DNA of 64,000 nucleotides from an uncultured Actinomycetota bacterium. GTDB lineage: Bacteria; Actinomycetota; Actinomycetes; JAHEKZ01. The notes beneath the pieces were generated by a model. It was given only the letters and a program-made list of their open reading frames with translations, did not search any database and was not told the DNA's origin. The position numbers and the translations under genes were made by a program. Location: assembly GCA_963743915.1 (NCBI GenBank), contig CAVURN010000001.1, forward strand, positions 288,001-352,000, given 5' to 3'. This document shows positions 56,990-64,000 of this stretch, one piece after another (within the stretch, counting starts at the first letter, position 1; each line of letters starts with the position of its first letter).

Positions 56990-58651
56990 ATGACCCAGGC
57001 ACCGAGGCCGGACCGGCCCCGGACAGATCCGCGCGCCGACCGCGCGCGCGGTGAGGCACGCCTCCGCGCCCTCAGCGACGTCGGCCGAGCGGGCGTCGGC
57101 TTCCCCAAGCCCGAGGCCACCCAGCGGATCATCCTCGCCGCCATGCGTGCGGCCGAGGCCGACGCCGCGTCCCTCGGCGTGTGGGACCCACGCCGTCAGG
57201 TGCTGCGCGCCGTCCTGAACGTCGGCGACCTGGCCGAGTGGGAGGAGGAGTGGCCGGAGGACGAGGTGTACGAGGCGGACCAGAGCACCTGGCTCGCCGG
57301 CATGAGCGAGGGGCGGCTCGGCGCGGTGCTCTGCCTCGACGATCCCGATCTCGCGCCGGACGACCGCGAGTACCTGCTGTCGCTCGGCAAGCACAGCTCG
57401 ATCAGTGTCCCGCTGCTGTACGCCGGCCAGTGGTGGGGCGAGCTCTTCGTGTCGCGTGCCGATCCCGCGAGGCCGTTCACCGTGGACGACCTCGACTGGG
57501 TGTCGGCGGTCGCGGCCCAGGTGAGCGCGGCACTCGAGGGCGTCGACCACGTGGCGCGGGTCGAGCAGCTGGCCCAGACCGACTCCATGACCGGCCTCGC
57601 GAACCGGCGTGCCCTTGACCAGTGGCTCGACTCCGCGATGGTCGCGCTCCGTGCCGAAGGGAGGCCCATCGGTCTGTGCGTGGTCGACCTCAACGGGCTC
57701 AAGCGCATCAACGACGACCAGGGTCACGACGCCGGAGACCGAGTGCTGCAGCAGCTCGGGGACATCCTGCTCGACGCCTCCGCCGAGTTCGAGCACACCA
57801 TCGTCGCCCGACTCGGAGGTGACGAGTTCTGCATCGCGGTGAGCGGTCCCGACGCCGCCAGGATCGTCGAGGCCGCCCACGAGGTCTGTCGGCACGGCTG
57901 GGCGGCACTGCCGCACGGGATCGCCGCCGGCGTGGTGTCGACCACGGACGCGATCGGCGCCGTGGACGCGTCGGCGCGGCTGCTCCGGCTCGCTGACGCG
58001 GCGCAGTACCGCGCGAAGCGGCTGCATTCCCGAGCGCCGGTCGTCGCCGGTCGCCCCCTGCCCCCGGAGCTGGCGTCGACCGTGACCGTCGACCAGGACG
58101 ACGCTGCGCCCGACCGAAGGCTGCTCCGAGGCCGCGAGGAGTCGACGCTCGGCCACCTGACCGACGCCGCCCTTCGAGCTCTCGACCAGGCGCGGCACGA
58201 GCCGGTGCGCACCCGTCTGGCGATGGTGGCCGACCTGGTCACCCATCACGTCGACGCCATCGGTTGGTGGCTGTCGCTGGTCCCGGCGGGAGCCGAGGCG
58301 CTCAACACGGTCGACTTCGCCCTCTATCGACGTCCTCCTGACATCGACCCCGAGGAGCTGCGCCGCGAGCTTTCGGGAGTCTTCGCCCTGGTGACCTACC
58401 CGCAGACCCACCTGGCGCTGGCCGGAACCTCGTACACCGTGACCACGACCGACGTCGCCGCTGACCCCGCCGAGCTGGCCATCCTCGACGGACTCGGAGC
58501 CTCCGGGGTCGTGGCGGCGGGTGGCCGGGACGCCGAGGGTGACGGCTGGCTGGTCGAGGTCTTCCTCGACGAGCTGAGCGGCGCCGGTCAGGAGATGGCC
58601 GGCGTGCTGCGGCTGTTCGTGCTGGCCGCCCTGCATCCGCTCCCGCTCTAG
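56990..58651 (+). CDS. Diguanylate cyclase 1: GAF-GGDEF-(GAF-like)
   Basis: N-terminal GAF (SVPLLYAGQWWGEL), TDSMTGLANRR, DLNGLKRINDDQGHDAGD, ARLGGDEF, ADAAQYRAK. Confidence 0.92.
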   Translation: MTQAPRPDRPRTDPRADRARGEARLRALSDVGRAGVGFPKPEATQRIILAAMRAAEADAASLGVWDPRRQVLRAVLNVGDLAEWEEEWPEDEVYEADQSTWLAGMSEGRLGAVLCLDDPDLAPDDREYLLSLGKHSSISVPLLYAGQWWGELFVSRADPARPFTVDDLDWVSAVAAQVSAALEGVDHVARVEQLAQTDSMTGLANRRALDQWLDSAMVALRAEGRPIGLCVVDLNGLKRINDDQGHDAGDRVLQQLGDILLDASAEFEHTIVARLGGDEFCIAVSGPDAARIVEAAHEVCRHGWAALPHGIAAGVVSTTDAIGAVDASARLLRLADAAQYRAKRLHSRAPVVAGRPLPPELASTVTVDQDDAAPDRRLLRGREESTLGHLTDAALRALDQARHEPVRTRLAMVADLVTHHVDAIGWWLSLVPAGAEALNTVDFALYRRPPDIDPEELRRELSGVFALVTYPQTHLALAGTSYTVTTTDVAADPAELAILDGLGASGVVAAGGRDAEGDGWLVEVFLDELSGAGQEMAGVLRLFVLAALHPLPL

Positions 58652-58681
58652 CCGGAGCTGCCTGCGGCACTGTCCGACCGG

Positions 58682-58709
58682 TCAAGCCACCCCCTCGCGC
58701 CCCCGATAC
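58682..58709 (+). promoter_or_regulatory. sigma28/WhiG-like promoter TCAAG-N15-CCCGATAC
   Basis: In the spacer between GGDEF-1 and GGDEF-2. Confidence 0.6.
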
Positions 58710-58747
58710 AGAACGGGAGAGGGGGCACGACCATCGACTCTGTCGGC

Positions 58748-60382
58748 ATGGCTCCGGCACCGGAGCTGGCCGTCCCATGGGACGAGCCGGCGGTTGCCGC
58801 GCGCTTTCGCGGCCTTGCAGACGTCGCCCGCGTGGCGACGGCCACCTCCGGCACCGATCTGCTCCGCCGGGTGTCACTCGCGGCGATGCACGCACTGGGC
58901 GGCGCATCGGTGTCGCTGAGCGTGTCTGAGCCCGAGAGGGCAGGGTTGCGGTGCGTCCTCAACGACGGCGAGCTCGGCCCGGGCGAGGTGCCGGAGCCGG
59001 TGGACGAGTTCTACAGCCTCGCGGACTACGGTCCCGCCCTGCAGATCCTCGAGAGCCAGCGCGCGTTCCACGTCTCGTGTGCGGACCAGGGCGCCTACGC
59101 CGACCTGCTGCGGCGGCTCGGCAAGGGCAGCTGCATCGTGGCGCCGATCCCCTTGGACGGTCGGGTGTGGGGCGAGCTGTTCATCACCAGGCGGGTGGAC
59201 CAGACGACGTTCGGTCCTTCTGACACCGACTTCGCGGTGGCCGTTGCCGCCCAGGTGGGGGCGGCGATCGCCACCTCCGAGCACCTCGGCCGCGCGGAGG
59301 CCCTCGCGCACACCGACCCGCTGACCGGTCTGGCCAACCGGTTGGCCGTGGAGAGGTGGTTCGACGCGGCCATGGCCGACCACCGTGAGAACGGCACGAC
59401 GGTGGCCCTGCTCGTGTGCGACGTGAACGGACTCAAGCTCGTCAACGACCGCCATGGCCACGAGGCAGGCGACCGGCTGCTGCGTGACGTGGCCGGAATC
59501 CTGAGGGAGACCAGTTCGCGCATGCTCGCAGGCGCGCTCCTCGCCCGGCTCGGGGGCGACGAGTTCGCGGTCGTGGTGGCGGGTCGTGCCCCGGACGACG
59601 TGGTCACCTTTGCCGAGGAGCTCAGCCTGCAGGCCTGGCGACGGCTGCCGCACGGCGTCGCAGTGGGGGTGGCGAGCACCGGCGACGCGGTCGGCGCCAT
59701 CGACAACGGGGAGCGCCTCTTCCGGCTGGCCGACGCGGCGCAGTACCGGGCCAAGCGCACCAGCTCCCGGTTCCCCGTGGTGGCGGGCCGTGCAGTTCCG
59801 GTCGAAGCCGCGTCCTCCCTGGCCGCCGAACCGACGCGGCACAGTGAGGACCGACGGCTGCGACGGGGGGACCAGCACTCCGCGCCCCTGCAGCTGCTCG
59901 ACGCCGCCCTCAGAGCCCTGGACGAGGAGCACGGCCAGTCCCCGCAGCTGCGTCTGGGTCTGGTCGCGGACCTGGTCAGTCATCACCTGGACGCCGTCGG
60001 ATGGTGGCTGTCGCGCGTGGGAGCCGGCGAGACGGAGGTCACGACGGTCGACTTCGCGGTCTACCGGGCCCTGCCCGGGCTGACGCCCGAGGAGCTCGCG
60101 ACCGAGATCGGGGCAAGCTTCCCGGTGGACCGGTACCCCTCGACCGCCCAGGCGCTACGGGGAGGCGCCTTCGCGATCAGGGCCGACGATCCGGAGGCTG
60201 ACGTCGCGGAGCTGGCGATCCTCGACGACCTGTCCGCCGCCGCGGTCGTCGGCGCAGGAGGGCAGGACGAGGACGGGCAGGGCTGGTTGGTCGAGGTCTA
60301 CACCGATGCACTGAGCGGGTCCGAGCGCGACCTCGCCATCTTGCTGCGGGTGCTCGTGGCCATCGCCCTGAGTCGACCCTGA
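58748..60382 (+). CDS. Diguanylate cyclase 2: GAF-GGDEF-(GAF-like)
   Basis: APIPLDGRVWGEL, TDPLTGLANR, DVNGLKLVNDRHGHEAGD, ARLGGDEF. Confidence 0.92.
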   Translation: MAPAPELAVPWDEPAVAARFRGLADVARVATATSGTDLLRRVSLAAMHALGGASVSLSVSEPERAGLRCVLNDGELGPGEVPEPVDEFYSLADYGPALQILESQRAFHVSCADQGAYADLLRRLGKGSCIVAPIPLDGRVWGELFITRRVDQTTFGPSDTDFAVAVAAQVGAAIATSEHLGRAEALAHTDPLTGLANRLAVERWFDAAMADHRENGTTVALLVCDVNGLKLVNDRHGHEAGDRLLRDVAGILRETSSRMLAGALLARLGGDEFAVVVAGRAPDDVVTFAEELSLQAWRRLPHGVAVGVASTGDAVGAIDNGERLFRLADAAQYRAKRTSSRFPVVAGRAVPVEAASSLAAEPTRHSEDRRLRRGDQHSAPLQLLDAALRALDEEHGQSPQLRLGLVADLVSHHLDAVGWWLSRVGAGETEVTTVDFAVYRALPGLTPEELATEIGASFPVDRYPSTAQALRGGAFAIRADDPEADVAELAILDDLSAAAVVGAGGQDEDGQGWLVEVYTDALSGSERDLAILLRVLVAIALSRP

Positions 60383-60427
60383 CCCCTGGATCGGCCGTCA
60401 GCGGGCGATCGCGGGGGCCTTCCACGC

Positions 60428-60456
60428 TCAAGCACCCGCCCCACGCACGCCGATAG
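60428..60456 (+). promoter_or_regulatory. sigma28/WhiG-like promoter TCAAG-N16-GCCGATAG
   Basis: In the spacer between GGDEF-2 and GGDEF-3, followed by a GGAGG SD. Confidence 0.65.
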
Positions 60457-60477
60457 TCAGGTGTCGGGAGGGATCGG

Positions 60478-62157
60478 ATGCCGGTAGGCCATGACGCGCG
60501 CCCAGAGTCTGGGCGTCGCGAGCACGTCGCCACGCGCCTGGGCGCGCTGGCTGACATCGCGCGCGCTGCGTGGGCAGGCAGCCAGGTCGAGCTGCTGCGG
60601 CAGGCGGGGGAGTCGGCGCTGCAGGCGCTCGATGCGGCGTCGGCCTCGATCTCCCGCTGGGACCCCGATCTCGGGCAGGTACGCACCCTCCTCAACCTGG
60701 GGCAGCTCGGACCCGAGGAGCAGCCGGAGCCGGCGGACGAGGTCTACCGGGCCGACAGCTACGTCCACCTGCAGACGATGGTCCAGGACCTCACGGGATG
60801 GTCCACGAACGTCGATGTCGGAAGCCCCTCGGACGCCGACGTGCAGCTGCTGCGCGCCCTGGACAAGCACTGCAGCGTGGGAGCCCCCATCCCCCTCGAG
60901 GGACGGATCTGGGGCGAGCTGTTCCTCAGCCGGCGTGCCGACCAGCCATGCTTCGACGACACCGACGTGGATCTCGCACTCGTGGTGGCCGCGCAGATCG
61001 GTGCCGCACTGGCCACGGCGGACCACCTCGACACCGTCGACCGGATGGCGCGCACCGACCCGCTCACCGGGCTCGGCAACCGTCGCGCGGTCGACGAGGC
61101 GCTCGACGCCGCGATGGCGCGCCACCGCACCGAGCAGGTCGATGTGGCCCTGGTGGTCTGCGACCTCAACGGGCTCAAGCGGATCAACGACGAGCAGGGC
61201 CATGACGCCGGCGACCGCGCACTCGTCCGGTTCGCGGGCATGCTCTCGAACGTGGCCGCGGGCCTGGAGGGCGCGCTGGCAGCCCGGCTCGGTGGTGACG
61301 AGTTCTGCATCGTGGTCTCCGACATCGACGCCGACACGGTGGTCGAGGCAGCCGAGACGCTGTGCCGACGCGTGCTCCGGTCACCCTTGGAGGGGGTGTC
61401 CTGCGGCGTCGCCTGCACCGCGGACGACGTCGGCGACGTGGACTCGACCGGACGGCTCTTCCGCCTCGCCGACGCCGCGCAGTACCGGGCCAAGCGGAGC
61501 CGCGCCACCGTTCCCGTCGTGGCCGGACGTGGGCTGCCTCCCGGCGTCACCGGCTACGAGTCGACCAACGCCCCCAGTGCCGCAGGGGAGCGCCGGCTGT
61601 TCCGTGGTCGGGACCTGTCCGAGACCGCCCGACTCCTGCGCGCAGGGCTGGACCTGCTGGACGACTCGCGCGACCGCACCGTCGAGGACCGGTTGGTGCA
61701 GGTGGCCGAGCTGGTCTCCGAGCAGGTCCACCCACTGGCGTGGTGGCTGTCCGGGGTCGACCACGAGGCGGGCCTCGTGACCACCCTCCGCCACGCGATC
61801 CACCGGACCCCCTCCCGTCCCGGTGAGGAGCTCTCGTCCGGGATCGGCAACCAGTACCGCCTCGTGGACTACCCGCTCACCGCCCACGCGGTGCAGGGCC
61901 ACGCGGTGGCCCTGCACTCCGGCGACCCCGACGTCGACCCGGCCGAGCTGGCCATGCTCGACGGCATGGGGGCCATGAGCCTGCTGATGGCAGGGGTGCG
62001 CGACCCCTCCGGAGCCGGCTGGCTGCTCGAGATCGTGGGGGACGCCATGAGCTCGCCCAGCGCCGACCTCGGCATGCCGTTGCGGGCGCTGATGACGGCC
62101 GCCGCACTCGAGGCAGCAGGTGCGCGGTCCGATGCCGGACGACTCGCCGCCCGCTAG
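60478..62157 (+). CDS. Diguanylate cyclase 3: GAF-GGDEF-(GAF-like)
   Basis: APIPLEGRIWGEL, TDPLTGLGNRR, DLNGLKRINDEQGHDAGD, ARLGGDEF. Confidence 0.92.
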   Translation: MPVGHDARPESGRREHVATRLGALADIARAAWAGSQVELLRQAGESALQALDAASASISRWDPDLGQVRTLLNLGQLGPEEQPEPADEVYRADSYVHLQTMVQDLTGWSTNVDVGSPSDADVQLLRALDKHCSVGAPIPLEGRIWGELFLSRRADQPCFDDTDVDLALVVAAQIGAALATADHLDTVDRMARTDPLTGLGNRRAVDEALDAAMARHRTEQVDVALVVCDLNGLKRINDEQGHDAGDRALVRFAGMLSNVAAGLEGALAARLGGDEFCIVVSDIDADTVVEAAETLCRRVLRSPLEGVSCGVACTADDVGDVDSTGRLFRLADAAQYRAKRSRATVPVVAGRGLPPGVTGYESTNAPSAAGERRLFRGRDLSETARLLRAGLDLLDDSRDRTVEDRLVQVAELVSEQVHPLAWWLSGVDHEAGLVTTLRHAIHRTPSRPGEELSSGIGNQYRLVDYPLTAHAVQGHAVALHSGDPDVDPAELAMLDGMGAMSLLMAGVRDPSGAGWLLEIVGDAMSSPSADLGMPLRALMTAAALEAAGARSDAGRLAAR

Positions 62158-62166
62158 CCTGGCGCG

Positions 62167-62974
62167 GTGCCCGACGTCGCCGACCTCCGGCGCCCGCTGT
62201 TGCCCGAGGCCCCTCACCCCGACGACCTCTGGACCAGCATCGAGGTGCTCACCTCGACTCCCTCGAGCAACGCCGAGCTGGTCCGGCGGGCGCGCGCCGG
62301 AGCACGTCACGGCGCGGTCCTCGTGGCCGAGGAGCAGACGGCCGGGCGCGGGCGGCGCGACCGTGGCTGGAGCGCTCCCGCTCACTCGTCGCTGATGGTG
62401 AGCGCCCTCGTGCGTCCGCGGGTGGATCCGAGCCAGTGGGGGTGGCTTCCGCTCCTCACCGCGGTGGCGGTTGCCGAGGTGGTCGCGTTCGCCGGTGTCG
62501 CGCGCCCCGAGGTCAAGTGGCCCAACGACGTCCTCGTCGGCGGACGCAAGATCGCCGGCGTGCTGTGCGAGGTCGTCCCCGAGGAGGGAACGGCCGTCAC
62601 GGAACCGGCCGGGAGCCGCCGTCGTGGCCGGATTCGGTCTGAACGTCAGTCAGTCGGCTGCCGAGCTGCCGCACGCCGCGGCCACCTCGCTGCTGCTCGA
62701 GGGTGCGCGGACCGACCGCGCTGCCCTGCTGCGCCACGTCCTGCACCGGTTGTCGCACTGGTACCGCAGCTGGGAGAGCGGTGACCGCGCCAGCGTGCAC
62801 GTGGCCTACCAGTCCTGCTCGTCGACCCTCGGGACCCGCGTCCGCGCGACGCTGCCTGGGGGGCGGACTCTGGAGGGCACCGCAGTGGCGCTGGCGGAAG
62901 GAGGCGGGCTCGTGGTGCGCGTCGGTGCCGACGAGATCGTGGTGGCTGCCGCGGACGTCGTGCACCTCCGATGA
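62167..62974 (+). CDS. birA: Biotin--[acetyl-CoA carboxylase] ligase; apparent frameshift ~62615
   Basis: TPSSN, AEEQTAGRGR, KWPND, RKIAGVL; GFGLNV...AADVVHLR in another frame. Confidence 0.92.
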
Positions 62975-62993
62975 GTTCTGCCACCATGAGCCC

Positions 62994-63500
62994 ATGGCCT
63001 ATCCCGAGAAGCTGCTGACAGAGGGCGAGCAGATCGTCTACGACATGCGTCCCCACTGGCGGATCCTGTTCTTCCCGGCGGTCGTTCTTGTCCTGCTCGT
63101 GTTCGGCACGGTCCTGCTGCTCTCGTGGGTGCCGGCCGACTGGGGGTGGGCGACGTGGGCCGTGCTCGGACTGGCCGCCGTCGCGTTCGTCGCGTGGGTG
63201 CTGGTGCCCGTCGTGCGCTGGGCCACGTCGCAGTACGTCATCACCAACCGACGGGTGATCGTGCGCTCGGGGATCGTCGCGCGACAGGGGCGCGACATGC
63301 CACTGGCACGCGTCAACGACGTGCATTTCCGCTACGGCGTCATCGACCGGATCCTCGGCTGTGGCGACCTGATCGTCGAGTCTGCGGGGGAGACCGGACA
63401 GCTCCGCATCGGGGCAGTGCCGGACGTGGAGCTCATCCAGCGGGAGATCTTCCGGCTCCACGAGGAGGACGACCGGCGTCGGCGGAGTGAGGGTGACTGA
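62994..63500 (+). CDS. Membrane protein with bacterial PH domain (bPH_2)
   Basis: MAYPEKLLTEGE...RPHW, 2 TM, YVITNRRVIVRSG...GDLIVESAGE. Confidence 0.9.
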   Translation: MAYPEKLLTEGEQIVYDMRPHWRILFFPAVVLVLLVFGTVLLLSWVPADWGWATWAVLGLAAVAFVAWVLVPVVRWATSQYVITNRRVIVRSGIVARQGRDMPLARVNDVHFRYGVIDRILGCGDLIVESAGETGQLRIGAVPDVELIQREIFRLHEEDDRRRRSEGD

Positions 63501-63530
63501 CCCCTTACCGAGCGCGCCTACGATCAGAGC

Positions 63531-64000
63531 GTGACACTCGTGCTGCTTGCTGAGGACGATGCAGCGATCAGCGAGCCACTCGCCCGCGCACTGCGCCGGC
63601 AGGGCTACGACGTCCATGTGGCCGACACGGGCGTGGCTGCCCTGCAGTCGGCGCGCGGGAGCGACCTGGTCGTGCTCGATCTCGGACTGCCCGGGATGGA
63701 CGGCCTGGAGGTGTGCCGCACGCTTCGCGCTCAGGGGCTGTCCGTGCCGGTTCTCGTCCTGACCGCCCGCTCCGCGGAGATCGACACCGTGGTGGGCCTG
63801 GACGCCGGCGCCGACGACTACGTCAGCAAGCCGTTCCGCACCGCCGAGCTCATGGCGCGCATCCGGGCGCTGCTGCGCCGCGGGGCCAGCCAGCCCGAGA
63901 CGCTCGACGGTCAGGACCTGCACATCGACCTGGTCGCGCGTCAGGTCTGGCAGGGCGAGCACGAGGTCGTGCTGTCCCAGCGCCAGTTCGACCTCCTCTC
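63531..64000 (+). CDS. OmpR-family response regulator (3'-truncated by window)
   Basis: VTLVLLAEDDAAISEPLARAL, LDLGLPGMDG, LTAR, GLDAGADDYVSKPF. Confidence 0.9.
   Translation, partial: MTLVLLAEDDAAISEPLARALRRQGYDVHVADTGVAALQSARGSDLVVLDLGLPGMDGLEVCRTLRAQGLSVPVLVLTARSAEIDTVVGLDAGADDYVSKPFRTAELMARIRALLRRGASQPETLDGQDLHIDLVARQVWQGEHEVVLSQRQFDLL

Noticed and set aside
58652-58747. c-di-GMP riboswitch between cyclase genes
   Set aside because: Only a short CCCCCTC/GAGGGGG pairing; no GEMM consensus seen, and the promoter motif explains the spacer.
62638-62658. Fourth copy of the TGACTGA/TCAGTCA operator (TCAGTCAGTC)
   Set aside because: Lies inside the birA coding sequence (LNVSQS) and has only one half-site.

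Overview
High-GC actinomycete chromosomal segment, mostly core metabolism. Gene order: pcrA, M23 peptidase, B12-binding mutase subunit, sucCD, perM-like, purNH, folD, mdh, icd, aroA, trpS, sdhCDAB, mprAB-pepD, methylmalonyl-CoA mutase, lpdA, acyl-CoA carboxylase genes, birA. Accessory amine/C1 catabolic genes are interspersed. Many conserved genes contain apparent small indels, most likely sequencing or assembly errors. I saw no tRNA, rRNA, CRISPR array, transposase or integrase. Five observations stand out. (1) Three tandem paralogous GAF-GGDEF-GAF diguanylate cyclases, each preceded by a sigma28/WhiG(FliA)-type promoter motif (TCAAG-N15/16-[G/C][C/T]CGAT), which also precedes an unknown ORF at 47350-47781. 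(2) A 20-bp palindromic operator (CTGACT[G/C]A-N4-TCAG[T/G]CA[A/G]) upstream of three separated catabolic loci: a TMADH-like enzyme lacking its FMN-binding Cys, a DmdA-like demethylase, and an aminotransferase / acyl-CoA dehydrogenase / CoA-ligase locus. (3) A lower-GC protease+lipoprotein cassette, flanked by imperfect direct repeats, sitting between remnants of an interrupted gene. (4) MprA-type boxes at pepD and at the M23 peptidase. (5) Several palindromic intergenic elements. All family assignments come from motif recognition by eye, not from database searches.
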